Below, piece by piece: positions 37,557 through 47,255 of a stretch of DNA of 64,000 nt; within the stretch, counting starts at the first letter, position 1, and every line of letters starts with the position of its first letter. Position numbers and translations under genes: made by a program. The notes beneath the pieces were generated by a model, which saw only the letters and a list, made by a program, of their open reading frames with translations, had not been told where the DNA came from and searched no databases. Location of the stretch: positions 16,956-80,955 of the forward strand of contig DATAMY010000185.1 of the NCBI GenBank assembly GCA_036266535.1, in the 5' to 3' direction. This DNA comes from Usitatibacter sp. (GTDB lineage Bacteria > Pseudomonadota > Gammaproteobacteria > Burkholderiales > Usitatibacteraceae).

Positions 37557-39691
37557 TGGAGGCGCTCTCCGAGCTGCGCTTCGGCTCGCGGCCACGGCTC
37601 CCGGTCTTCCTGCAGACCGAGGCGGCCGAATGCGGCCTCGCGAGCCTCGGCATGGTCGCCTGCTTCCACGGCCATCGCGTGGACCTCGCGGGGCTGCGGC
37701 GGCGCTTCACCGTCTCGCTCAAGGGCGCGACCCTCGCCTTCATCATGCAGGCGGCGGAGCGGCTGGACCTGGCGCCCCGCCCGCTCAAGCTCGAGCTGGA
37801 CGAGCTCCCGAAGCTGCGGGCGCCGTGCATCCTGCACTGGGACCTGAACCACTTCGTGGTCCTCCGCTCGGCGGACGCGCGCGGCGCCGTGATCCACGAC
37901 CCTGCCCGCGGGGCGCGGCGGCTCGCGTTCGCGGAGATCTCGCGGCACTTCACCGGCATCGCGCTCGAGCTCGCTCCGACCGCGCGCTTCCGGCCCCGCG
38001 ACGAACGCCGCCGCATCCGGCCCCGCGACCTCATGGGCCGCGTCGTGGGGCTCAAGCGCTCGCTCGTCCAGGTGCTCCTCCTCGCGTTGGCGCTCCAGGC
38101 GCTCTCGATCGTGACGCCGTTCTACATGCAGTGGGCCATCGACGGCGCCGTGGTCTCCGCCGATCGCGACCTCCTCACCGTGCTGGGACTCGGGTTCCTC
38201 CTCCTCGCCGTGGTGCAGGTGGCGCTCACGACGCTGCGCTCGTGGGTCGTCCTCTATCTCGGCACGACGCTGAACCTCCAGTGGCTCGCGAACGTCTTCT
38301 CGCACCTGCTGCGCCTTCCCGTGAGCTGGTTCGAGAAGCGCCACCTGGGCGACGTGGTCTCGCGCTTCGGCGCCGTCACCGCGATCCAGCGCACGCTCAC
38401 CTCGAGCTTCGTCGAGGCGATCATCGACGGCGCGATGGCGGCGGCCACCTTCGCGATGATGGTCGTGTACAGCCCGTCGCTCGCCGCCCTCGCCGTGGCG
38501 GCCGTCGTCGCCTACGGGCTGCTGCGCTGGGTGTTCTACGACCCGCTGCGGCGCGCGACCGAGGAGCACATCGTGCACACCGCCCGGCAGCAGAGCCATT
38601 TCCTCGAGACGGTGCGGGGCGTGCAGTCGATCAAGCTCTTCGGCCGCGAGGGCGAGCGGCGCGCGCGGTGGCTGAACCTCGTGGTCGACGCCGTGAACCA
38701 GGACGTCGCCACCCAGAAGCTCGGGCTCGGGTTCCGGGGTGCCAACGCGCTCGTCTTCGGCGTCGAGCGGGTCGCCATCGTGTGGCTGGGGTGCCTCCTC
38801 GTGCTGGACAGCGCGTTCTCCGTCGGCATGCTCTTCGCGTTCATGTCGTACAAGGACCAGTTCTCCTCGCGCGTGGCGGGGCTCGTGGACAAGATGATCG
38901 AGCTGCGCATGCTGGGGCTGCAGGCCGAGCGCCTCGCGGACATCGTGCTCGCGGCGCCGGAGCCGGAGTCTCCCGCCGCGCCGCTGGACGACATCGAGCC
39001 GTCGCTCGAGGTGCGCGGCGCCTCGTTCCGCTACTCGGACACGGAGCCGCTCGTGCTCGTCAACTGCTCGTTCACGGTGGCGCCCGGCGAGTGCGTCGCG
39101 ATCGTGGGCGCCTCGGGCGGCGGCAAGACCACGCTCGTGAAGCTGATGCTGGGACTCCTCGCTCCCACCGACGGCAAGGTCCTCGCGGGCGGCATCGACA
39201 TCCGGAAGCTCGGCATCGACCGCTACCGGAAGCTCGTGGGAACCGTCATGCAGGACGACCAGCTCTTCGCGGGCTCCATCGCGGACAACATCGGCTTCTT
39301 CGACCCGGCGGCCGATCCCGCGTCGATCGAGCGCCATGCGCGGATGGCGAGCGTGCACGACGACATCGCCGCGATGCCGATGGGGTACAACACGCTGATC
39401 GGCGACATGGGGGCGGCGCTCTCCGGTGGGCAGAAGCAGCGGATCCTCCTCGCCCGCGCGCTCTACAAGCAGCCGAAGATCCTCTTCCTGGACGAGGCCA
39501 CGAGCGCCCTCGACGTGCAGAAGGAGCGCGCGGTGAACGACGCGGTGCGGGCGCTCAGGCTCACACGGATCATCATCGCGCACCGGCCGGAGACGATCGC
39601 CTCGGCCGAGCGCGTGATCGTGCTGCAGGGCGGGCGGGTGGCGCAGGACCTGCGGCGGGTGCCCGGCGAAGCGGGGCAGCGCAGCGCATAG
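37556..39691 (+). CDS. Peptidase C39-containing ABC exporter (CvaB/RaxB-like)
   Basis: GTG start; QTEAAECGLA, LHWDLNHFVV, IHDPA; GASGGGKTT; LSGGQKQR; LDEATS. Confidence 0.95.
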   Translation: MEALSELRFGSRPRLPVFLQTEAAECGLASLGMVACFHGHRVDLAGLRRRFTVSLKGATLAFIMQAAERLDLAPRPLKLELDELPKLRAPCILHWDLNHFVVLRSADARGAVIHDPARGARRLAFAEISRHFTGIALELAPTARFRPRDERRRIRPRDLMGRVVGLKRSLVQVLLLALALQALSIVTPFYMQWAIDGAVVSADRDLLTVLGLGFLLLAVVQVALTTLRSWVVLYLGTTLNLQWLANVFSHLLRLPVSWFEKRHLGDVVSRFGAVTAIQRTLTSSFVEAIIDGAMAAATFAMMVVYSPSLAALAVAAVVAYGLLRWVFYDPLRRATEEHIVHTARQQSHFLETVRGVQSIKLFGREGERRARWLNLVVDAVNQDVATQKLGLGFRGANALVFGVERVAIVWLGCLLVLDSAFSVGMLFAFMSYKDQFSSRVAGLVDKMIELRMLGLQAERLADIVLAAPEPESPAAPLDDIEPSLEVRGASFRYSDTEPLVLVNCSFTVAPGECVAIVGASGGGKTTLVKLMLGLLAPTDGKVLAGGIDIRKLGIDRYRKLVGTVMQDDQLFAGSIADNIGFFDPAADPASIERHARMASVHDDIAAMPMGYNTLIGDMGAALSGGQKQRILLARALYKQPKILFLDEATSALDVQKERAVNDAVRALRLTRIIIAHRPETIASAERVIVLQGGRVAQDLRRVPGEAGQRSA

Positions 39692-39737
39692 GGGAGAGCC
39701 GCCCGCGGACTATAATCCGCCTTTTGCGCTGGAGCCG

Positions 39738-40613
39738 ATGACCTCGTCCTGGATGCTCGTCGCGGGCTTCCTCTTCGCGACGATGGGCGTCTTCGTGAAG
39801 CTGGGATCGGCGCACTTCGGCGCGGCGGAGCTCGCGTTCTACCGCTCGCTCGTGACGTTCGTCGCGATGCTGGGCCTCCTCGTCGCGAGGAGGGGCCGCG
39901 GGACGGTGAGGACCCGGTATTTCGGCATGCACCTCCTGCGCGCGGTCGTGGGATCGATCTCGCTCATCGGGTACTTCTTCGCGATCACGGAGCTCCCGCT
40001 CGCGACCGCGCAGACGTTGAACTACACGTCACCCCTCTTCCTGGCGATCGGGACGGTGGTGCTCCTCGGCGAGCGCTTCTCCGGGCGGCTCGTCGCCGCG
40101 ATCGTCGTGGGCTTCGCGGGCGTGGCGCTCCTCCTGCAGCCCACGTTCCAGGAAGGGAAGGAGGCCGCGGCGCTGATCGGCCTCTTCTCGGGCATCTTCT
40201 CGTCGTGGGCGTATCTCAGCGTCCGCACGCTCGGGCGGCTGGGCGAGCCGGACTGGCGCGTGGTCTTCTGGTTCGGGCTGGTTGCTTCGGTGATGTGCGC
40301 CGGATGGCAGCTCGCCACCTCGACCTTCCATCCGCTCACCGCGGAGAACATCTGGATCCTCGCGGGCGTGGGCCTCTGCGGAACGCTCGCGCAGCTCGCG
40401 ATGACGCGGGCGTACCGCACGGGCAACACGCTCGTCGTGGGCTCGCTTTCCTATTCGACGCTCGTCTTCGGCGCGGTGGCGACCTGGCTCGTGTGGAGCG
40501 AGCGGATGGCGCCGCTGGAATGGGCGGGGATGCTCGTGATCGTCGCGAGCGGCATCATGGCGATGCGTGCCGAGCGAAAGGAAGAAGTCGAGGAAGCGGG
40601 ATTCGAGAGCTGA
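39738..40613 (+). CDS. DMT/EamA transporter
   Basis: About 10 TM, LPLATAQTLNYTSPLF, AQLAMTRAY; TATAAT upstream at 39711. Confidence 0.88.
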   Translation: MTSSWMLVAGFLFATMGVFVKLGSAHFGAAELAFYRSLVTFVAMLGLLVARRGRGTVRTRYFGMHLLRAVVGSISLIGYFFAITELPLATAQTLNYTSPLFLAIGTVVLLGERFSGRLVAAIVVGFAGVALLLQPTFQEGKEAAALIGLFSGIFSSWAYLSVRTLGRLGEPDWRVVFWFGLVASVMCAGWQLATSTFHPLTAENIWILAGVGLCGTLAQLAMTRAYRTGNTLVVGSLSYSTLVFGAVATWLVWSERMAPLEWAGMLVIVASGIMAMRAERKEEVEEAGFES

Positions 40614-40615
40614 CA

Positions 40616-41470
40616 ATGGAAAAGATGCTGGTCACCCCCGAAGAGATGGCGCGCCACCTGGACGATCCCGCGTGGGTCGCGTTCGACGTCCGCCACGATC
40701 TGGCGGACCCACAGGCGGGACGGAAGGCGTACGCCGAGGGGCACATCCCCGGCGCCTATTTCCTGCACACGGACGAGGACCTCTCGGGCCCGAAGGCCGG
40801 ACGCAACGGGCGGCATCCGCTGCCGGACGTGCGCGCGTTCGCCGAACGCATCGCGCGCTCGGGCGTAGGCCCGGAAACGCAGGTCGTGGTGTACGACGCC
40901 ATGGGCGGGAGCTTCGCCGCGCGCCTGTGGTGGATGCTGCGCTGGCTCGGGCACGATCGGGTGGCGCTCCTCGATGGCGGATGGCCCGCGTGGGTGGGCG
41001 AAGGGCGCCCCGTGTCGCGCGAGACGCCGCCGGAGCGCAGCGGATCGTTCGCGCCGCGGCCGAGGCTCGGCGCCACGGTCGACGCCGCCTTCGTCGAACG
41101 CTTCCGGAAGGACGCGAACGTCCGCGTGGTCGACGCGCGCGCGCCGGCGCGCTACTCGGGCGAGCAGGAGCCGATCGATCCGGTCGCGGGGCACGTCCCC
41201 GGCGCCGTGAACCGGCCGTGGCAGCAGAACCTCGCGCCGGACGGCCGCTTCAAGGCCGCGCCGGCGCTCCGCGGCGAATGGACCGCGGCGCTGGGCGGCG
41301 TGGAGGCCTCGAAGTCGGTGCACATGTGCGGCTCGGGCGTGACGGCCTGCCACAACCTCTTCGCGCTGGCACTCTCGGGCTTCGGCGAGGCGCGGCTCTA
41401 TCCGGGATCGTGGAGCGAGTGGTGCGCCGATCCCGCGCGGCCGGTCGCGACGGGGCGGGATCCCGGTTGA
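40616..41470 (+). CDS. sseA: Two-domain rhodanese / 3-mercaptopyruvate sulfurtransferase
   Basis: GHIPGA, GRHPLP, CGSGVTAC, YPGSWSEW. Confidence 0.9.
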   Translation: MEKMLVTPEEMARHLDDPAWVAFDVRHDLADPQAGRKAYAEGHIPGAYFLHTDEDLSGPKAGRNGRHPLPDVRAFAERIARSGVGPETQVVVYDAMGGSFAARLWWMLRWLGHDRVALLDGGWPAWVGEGRPVSRETPPERSGSFAPRPRLGATVDAAFVERFRKDANVRVVDARAPARYSGEQEPIDPVAGHVPGAVNRPWQQNLAPDGRFKAAPALRGEWTAALGGVEASKSVHMCGSGVTACHNLFALALSGFGEARLYPGSWSEWCADPARPVATGRDPG

Positions 41471-43419
41471 GGCGGCCGCTCGCCGCGCTCGCCCTCGCCG
41501 CGGCGCTCGCCCACGGCGAGGAGCCGGCGGTCGCACCCCCGCCCGGGCTCAAGCTCGAGGGCGTCCCGCCGATTCCCGCGAAGATCGCGGACGACCTCGC
41601 GCCGTACACGGAATTCCGCCCGCACGCGCTCCTCTCGTGGCATCCGCTGCGCCGGGAGATGCTGGTGCGCCGGCGGCTGCACGAGACGGCGCAGGTGCAC
41701 CGCGTGACGCAGCCCGGCGTGGCGCCCGTGCCCGTCACGGACTTCGACGAGCCGGTCCGCGATGCCGCGTATTCGCCGGGCAAGGGCGATTCGTTCGTCT
41801 TCACGCGCGGCGAGGGGGGGAACGAGGTCTACCGGCTCTATCTCGAGGATGCCGCGTCGGGCGCCGTCACGGCGGTGAGCCGCGAGGGCGAGCGCGTGGG
41901 CGACGTCGCGTGGAATCGCAGGGGCGACCGCCTCGCCTACGCCGCCCAGTCGATCGACCGGAACGGCGCGGAACGCCGCGCGCGGACCTCGATCCACGTG
42001 GTCGATCCGCGCCGCCCCGCGTCGGATCGCGTCGTGGCGCGGCTCGAGGGCGGCGGCTGGTCGGACCTGCGCTTCTCGGAGGACGGCAAGCGCCTCGCGT
42101 TCGTGGAGTACGTCTCGGCGAACGAGAGCTACATCTGGGTGCTCGATCTCGCGAACGGCCGGCGCCGGCGCGTGACCCCGCCCGGCCCGAAGGCGGATCC
42201 GGTGGCGTACGCGAAGCCGCAGTTCGCGGCCGACGGGCGCGCGATCTTCGCGACGAGCGATCGCGGCTCGGAGTTCCGCGAGCTCGTGCTCCTGCCGATC
42301 GCGGGCGGGCGCGAGCGCGTGCTCACCGGAAATCTCCCCCACGACGTCGACGATTTCGAGGTCTCCTACGACGCGAAGCGCATCGCGTTCACCACCAACG
42401 AGGACGGCGCGGACGTGCTCCGCTTCATCGACCTCGCCACGCTGAAGGAGCTCCCGCGGCCGCCGCTCGTGGCGGGCGTGATCGGCGGGCTCAAGTGGCG
42501 GCCGCACTCGCAGGAGATCGGGTTCCAGATCTCGTCCGCCCGGTCCGCGGGCGACGTCTTCTCCTACGACCTGGGCAAGAACCAGCTCGCGCGCTGGACC
42601 AACGGCAACAGCCGCTCCATCAACACGAGCGCCTTCCCGGAGCCGCGCACCTTCCGGTGGAAGAGCTTCGACGGGCGCGAGATCCCCGGGCTCCTGTACC
42701 CCCCGCCGGCGCGGTTCGCGGGGAGGCGGCCCGTCCTCATCTCGATCCACGGCGGCCCGGAGTCGCAGGCGCGGCCCGGCTTCATCGGCCGCAACAACCA
42801 CCTCGTGAACGAGATGGGAATCGCGATCGTCTACCCGAACGTGCGCGGCTCCTCCGGGTTCGGCAAGTCGTTCCTGCGGCTGGACGACGGGCCGCGGCGC
42901 GTGGGCGCGATCGAGGACATCGGCGCATTGCTCGACTGGATCGCGGCGCAGCCGGACCTCGACCCGAAGCGGGTCGCGATCGCGGGTGCCAGCTACGGCG
43001 CCTTCCTCGCGCTCGCCTGCGCGGAGCGCTACGCGGACCGGATCGCGGCCGCCGAGAGCGTGGTCGGCATCTCCCGCTTCGTGACCTTCCTCGAGCGCAC
43101 CGAGAGCTACCGCCGGGACCTCCGCCGCGCCGAATACGGCGACGAGCGCGATCCCGCCGCCCGCGCGTTCCTGGAATCCATCTCGCCGCTCGCCCATCCG
43201 GAGCGGATCACCAAGCCGCTTCTCGTCGCCCAGGGCGCGAACGACCCGCGCGTGCCGGCGAGCGAGGCGGAGCAGCTGGTGGCGGCGCTCCGCGGCCGCG
43301 GGACCCCGGTGTGGTTCCTCCTCGCGGCGGACGAGGGGCACGGCTTCGCCCGCCGGTCGAACGCGGACTTCCTTTTCTACGCCTGGGTCGAGTTCCTGCG
43401 GAAAAATCTTCTCCGCTAG
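41467..43419 (+). CDS. S9 prolyl-oligopeptidase-family peptidase (secreted)
   Basis: TTG start; propeller region; IHGGPE, GASYG, GANDPRVP, DEGHGF. Confidence 0.9.
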   Translation: MRRPLAALALAAALAHGEEPAVAPPPGLKLEGVPPIPAKIADDLAPYTEFRPHALLSWHPLRREMLVRRRLHETAQVHRVTQPGVAPVPVTDFDEPVRDAAYSPGKGDSFVFTRGEGGNEVYRLYLEDAASGAVTAVSREGERVGDVAWNRRGDRLAYAAQSIDRNGAERRARTSIHVVDPRRPASDRVVARLEGGGWSDLRFSEDGKRLAFVEYVSANESYIWVLDLANGRRRRVTPPGPKADPVAYAKPQFAADGRAIFATSDRGSEFRELVLLPIAGGRERVLTGNLPHDVDDFEVSYDAKRIAFTTNEDGADVLRFIDLATLKELPRPPLVAGVIGGLKWRPHSQEIGFQISSARSAGDVFSYDLGKNQLARWTNGNSRSINTSAFPEPRTFRWKSFDGREIPGLLYPPPARFAGRRPVLISIHGGPESQARPGFIGRNNHLVNEMGIAIVYPNVRGSSGFGKSFLRLDDGPRRVGAIEDIGALLDWIAAQPDLDPKRVAIAGASYGAFLALACAERYADRIAAAESVVGISRFVTFLERTESYRRDLRRAEYGDERDPAARAFLESISPLAHPERITKPLLVAQGANDPRVPASEAEQLVAALRGRGTPVWFLLAADEGHGFARRSNADFLFYAWVEFLRKNLLR

Positions 43420-43566
43420 ATCGCGGCCCGGACCGGCGTTTCGAAAGGCGCAATTCCCCGCCGCCCCCGCTATACTGGGCGCGGCATCTCGCGTCCCGGG
43501 ACCGGGTAGGGATATTCGGGCGAAGCGGCCTACACGGGGCCGCCGCGCTAAAGGGGAGACTTCGCC

Positions 43567-45093
43567 ATGTCGCAAGCGCTGGGCATCCTCTCGGTCGGCG
43601 CGGGAACGCTCCTCGCCCTGGTCGTGGCGGGGCTCGTCATCTTCTGGTTCATCGAGGACGTGACCCAGAAGAAGCACGCGGTGCTCCGCAACTACCCCGT
43701 GATCGGGCGGCTGCGCTACTTCTTCGAGCGCCAGGGCGAGTACTTCCGCCAGTACTTCTTCGCGGGCGACCGCGACGAGATGCCGTTCAACCGCGCCACC
43801 CGCGCGTGGGTCTACCGCGTCGCCAAGCAGGAGGACGGCGGCGGCCTCATCGGCTTCGGCTCGACCTACGACATGAAGGCGCCCGGCGCGATCCTCTTCG
43901 TGAACGCGGCCTTCCCCGTGCAGGAGTGGGAGAAGCAGGCGACGCCGCCCATCGTCGTGGGCGAAGGCTGGTGCGAGCGGCCGTTCCTCGCGCGCTCCCT
44001 CGTGAACGTGAGCGGCATGAGCTTCGGCGCGATCTCGAAACCCGCCGTGCGGGCGCTCTCGCGTGGCGCGGCGCTCGCGGGATGCTGGCTCGACACCGGC
44101 GAGGGCGGCCTCGCGCCCTGGCACCTCGAGGGCGGGTGCGACGTCATCATGCAGATCGGCACGGCGAAGTACGGCATCCGCGATGCGGACGGCAAGTTCT
44201 CGCCGGAGCGCGCGAAGGAGCTCGCCGGCCGCGTGAAGGCGTTCGAGATCAAGCTCTCGCAGGGCGCCAAGCCCGGCAAGGGCGGCGTCCTTCCGGGAGG
44301 AAAGGTGACGGCGGAGATCGCGGCGATCCGGGGCATTCCCGCCGGGCAGGACTCCATCAGCCCGAACCGCCACCGCGACGCGGCGAACACGACGGAGCTC
44401 CTCGACCAGGTGGCCTCGATCCGGGCGCTCACCGGGCGGCCCGTGGGCATCAAGACGGCGATCGGGGGCTGGTGGTTCCTGAACGACATCGCGGAGAACG
44501 TGCTGCGCCGCGGGCTCGAGTACGCGCCGGACTTCCTCGTGATCGACGGCGGCGAGGGCGGGAGCGGCGCGGCGCCCCAGGCGCTCTTCGACCACATGAG
44601 CCTCTCGATCGAGGAGGCGCTCCCGCGCGCGGCGGACGTGCTCTACGAGTCGGGATTGAAGGAGCGCATCCGCCTGGTCGCCTCCGGAAAGCTCGTCACC
44701 TCCGCGCGCGCGGCGTGGGCGCTCTGCGTGGGCGCGGATTTCGTGAATACTGCCCGCGGCTTCATGTTCGCGCTGGGCTGCATCCAGGCGCTGCGCTGCC
44801 ACACGAACACGTGCCCCACCGGCATCACGACCCACAACCCGCGGCTGCAGCGCGGGCTCGTCGTGGAGGAGAAGTACCTGCGCGTCGCGAACTACGCGAT
44901 GGGCATGAACCGCGACATCGAGATGATCGCGCACTCCTGCGGCGTGGCGCATCCGCGGCTCCTGCGCCGCGAGCACTGCCGCATCGTGCAGGGGAACGGC
45001 GCCACCGCGGCCCTCAACACGCTCTATCCCTATCCGAAGCCCGGAACGGGCCTCCCCGCGCGGGCGGCGGCCCGGGAGCACGCCGCCGAGTGA
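43567..45093 (+). CDS. FMN-binding glutamate synthase family protein
   Basis: SGMSFGAIS, TGEGG, EIKLSQGAKPGKGG, DGGEGGSGAAP, CIQALRCHTNTCPTG. Confidence 0.9.
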   Translation: MSQALGILSVGAGTLLALVVAGLVIFWFIEDVTQKKHAVLRNYPVIGRLRYFFERQGEYFRQYFFAGDRDEMPFNRATRAWVYRVAKQEDGGGLIGFGSTYDMKAPGAILFVNAAFPVQEWEKQATPPIVVGEGWCERPFLARSLVNVSGMSFGAISKPAVRALSRGAALAGCWLDTGEGGLAPWHLEGGCDVIMQIGTAKYGIRDADGKFSPERAKELAGRVKAFEIKLSQGAKPGKGGVLPGGKVTAEIAAIRGIPAGQDSISPNRHRDAANTTELLDQVASIRALTGRPVGIKTAIGGWWFLNDIAENVLRRGLEYAPDFLVIDGGEGGSGAAPQALFDHMSLSIEEALPRAADVLYESGLKERIRLVASGKLVTSARAAWALCVGADFVNTARGFMFALGCIQALRCHTNTCPTGITTHNPRLQRGLVVEEKYLRVANYAMGMNRDIEMIAHSCGVAHPRLLRREHCRIVQGNGATAALNTLYPYPKPGTGLPARAAAREHAAE

Positions 45094-45482
45094 GCGGGAC
45101 GGCGCTCGCGGACGCGATCCTCGCGCTCCACGCGGCGTTCGTGCTTTTCGTCGTGGGCGGCTTGGCCGCAATCTGGATCGGCATCGCCGCGCGCCGGGCC
45201 TTCGCGTTCGATCCGTGGTTCCGGGGCCTGCACCTCGCCGCGATCGCGTTCGTGGCGATCGAATCGCTGCTGGGCTACGCGTGCCCGCTCACGGTCTGGG
45301 AGGATGCGCTGCGCGGCAAGCGCGCGGACGAGGGCTTCATCGCGCGGGCGATCCATGCGTGGCTCTTCTGGGACCTGCCGCCGGCCTTCTTCACCGCGGC
45401 GTACGTGGGCTTCGCGGCGCTGGTCGCGGCGACCTGGTGGCGCTACCCGCCGCGGCGGCGGTCCGCGGGCCCGGCGGCCTAG
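45090..45482 (+). CDS. DUF2784-like membrane protein
   Basis: LADAILALHAAFVLFVVGG..LHL..CPLTVWEDALR..GFI. Confidence 0.8.
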   Translation: MSGTALADAILALHAAFVLFVVGGLAAIWIGIAARRAFAFDPWFRGLHLAAIAFVAIESLLGYACPLTVWEDALRGKRADEGFIARAIHAWLFWDLPPAFFTAAYVGFAALVAATWWRYPPRRRSAGPAA

Positions 45483-46042
45483 TCGAGCGCGAGGACGGTG
45501 TTGATCGCGGCGACGAGGCCGCTGATCTTGAAGGGCTTGGTCACGTAGCCGTCCGCGCCCAGCGAGAGGCCGCGCGCGATGTCGGTCACGCCGGACTTCC
45601 CCGTCATCATGATCACCGGCATGTTCGTGATCTTCTGGTTCCCGCGGATGCGCTCGAGGATCGAGAAGCCGTCGCTGTCCGGGAGCGTCACGTCGAGGAG
45701 GATCAGGTCCGGGAGCGGCGTCCGGTTGAACTCGGCGTTGATCTCCGTGCGGTTCCGGGCCGAGCGGGTGAGGAACCCCGCCTTCGAGAGCACCTCCGTC
45801 ACGAGCTTCACCAGGTCCGCGTCGTCGTCGATCACGAGGATCCCGTGGCGCGCCCCGTTCCGGGGCACGATCTTCTCCCCCGGCCGCCGGGCCATGGCGA
45901 CGTAGAACCCGGTGCGCGCGAGCTCCGGGGCGCTGGCGGCCGCCTCCTTCTTCGCCTCCTTCACGCGCTCCGGGGGCGGCGGGGGCGCCGGCTTCTTCGC
46001 CGGCTTGGTGAAGTCGAGGTCGAGGTCTTCGTCGTCGCTCAT
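45479..46042 (-). CDS. Receiver-domain protein with acidic/Pro-rich N-terminal extension
   Basis: ILVIDDD, LLDVTLPD, MMTG, YVTKPF. Confidence 0.85.
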   Translation of the reverse strand: MSDDEDLDLDFTKPAKKPAPPPPPERVKEAKKEAAASAPELARTGFYVAMARRPGEKIVPRNGARHGILVIDDDADLVKLVTEVLSKAGFLTRSARNRTEINAEFNRTPLPDLILLDVTLPDSDGFSILERIRGNQKITNMPVIMMTGKSGVTDIARGLSLGADGYVTKPFKISGLVAAINTVLALD

Positions 46043-46063
46043 GGGCGCGCCCATTCTAGCCGC

Positions 46064-46678
46064 TCATGGGGGCGCCCGCGCCGCCTTCTTCTCCCCGATC
46101 CGGCTCTCCTCCCCGCGGGCGAGCTTCGCGATGTTGGCGCGATGGCGCAGCACGACCAACGCCGCCATCGCGGACACGGCCGCCAGCACCGGCCCGGCGC
46201 CCTCGAGCCACCAGGCGGCGGCGGGCGCCGCGAGCGCCGCCACGATCGCGGCGAGGGAGGAATAGCGGGTCGCGACCGCCACGACGAGCCAGGTGCCCAG
46301 CACGGCGAGCCCGACCCGCCAATCGAGGGCGATGAGGACGCCGGCCGCGGTCGCCACGCCCTTGCCGCCGTGGAATCGCAGCCATACCGGGAAGACGTGG
46401 CCCACGAACGCGGCGAACCCGGTGATCGCGAGCATCGCGGCATCGAGCCCGAGGGCGCGGGCCACGAGCACGGCGGCCCATCCCTTGGCCGCGTCGCCCG
46501 CGAGCGTGAGGAGCGCCGCGGCGCGGTTTCCCGACCGGAGCACGTTCGTCGCTCCGATGTTGCCCGAGCCGTAGCTGCGCGGATCCGGCAGTCCCATCGC
46601 GCGGCTCACCAGCACCGCGAACGGAATCGAGCCCGCGAGGTAGCCTCCCAGCGCGCACAGGAACGCCGTCATGGCCAT
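46064..46678 (-). CDS. plsY: Glycerol-3-phosphate acyltransferase
   Basis: [29 protein letters not shown]. Confidence 0.95.
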   Translation of the reverse strand: MAMTAFLCALGGYLAGSIPFAVLVSRAMGLPDPRSYGSGNIGATNVLRSGNRAAALLTLAGDAAKGWAAVLVARALGLDAAMLAITGFAAFVGHVFPVWLRFHGGKGVATAAGVLIALDWRVGLAVLGTWLVVAVATRYSSLAAIVAALAAPAAAWWLEGAGPVLAAVSAMAALVVLRHRANIAKLARGEESRIGEKKAARAPP

Positions 46679-46696
46679 ACTCTACAATACGCGCCC

Positions 46697-47056
46697 ATGG
46701 ACACGATCTTCATCCGCGACTTTCGCGTGGACGCCTGGGTGGGGATCTACGAATGGGAGAAGCAGCGCGCGCAGACGCTCGAGATGGAGATCGAGATCGG
46801 CATCCCGGGAAACGAGGTGGGCCTCACCGACGACATCTACGACACGGTGAACTACGGCGAGGTGATCGAGCGCGTGCGCGCGGAGCTGGCCGAGCGCCGC
46901 TTCAAGCTCCTCGAGGCGTTGGCCGAGCACGTGTGCGCGATCGTGGTGGGCGAGTTCAAGGCGCCGTGGGTGCGCCTTTCGGTCGCGAAGCTGGGGCACG
47001 TGCGCAACGTCCGCAAGGTGGGCGTCACGCTCGAGCGGCGCCGCGACCCGGAATGA
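46697..47056 (+). CDS. folB: Dihydroneopterin aldolase
   Basis: MDTIFI..VGIYEWE..DTVNY..LLEALA..K..VGV; divergent from plsY. Confidence 0.93.
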   Translation: MDTIFIRDFRVDAWVGIYEWEKQRAQTLEMEIEIGIPGNEVGLTDDIYDTVNYGEVIERVRAELAERRFKLLEALAEHVCAIVVGEFKAPWVRLSVAKLGHVRNVRKVGVTLERRRDPE

Positions 47057-47060
47057 CGCC

Positions 47061-47255
47061 GTGGTGAAGTGGCTCCTCGTGATCGTGGTGGGCCTCTTCG
47101 CGATCGGCGCCGCGACGCCGTGGCTCGCGCGCCGCGGGCTGGGCCGGCTTCCCGGCGACGTCACCATCCGCTGGAAGGGCCGCCGGATCTACCTGCCGAT
47201 CACGACGACCGTGATCCTCTCGCTCGCGCTCACGCTCCTCGGCCGCCTCGTCTAG
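47061..47255 (+). CDS. DUF2905-like small membrane protein
   Basis: LGRLPGD..YLPITT. Confidence 0.8.
   Translation: MVKWLLVIVVGLFAIGAATPWLARRGLGRLPGDVTIRWKGRRIYLPITTTVILSLALTLLGRLV

Noticed and set aside
41467-43419. S9 peptidase as maturation enzyme of the GG peptides
   Set aside because: It is coupled to the DMT-sseA unit with its own promoter; only proximity links it to the peptide locus
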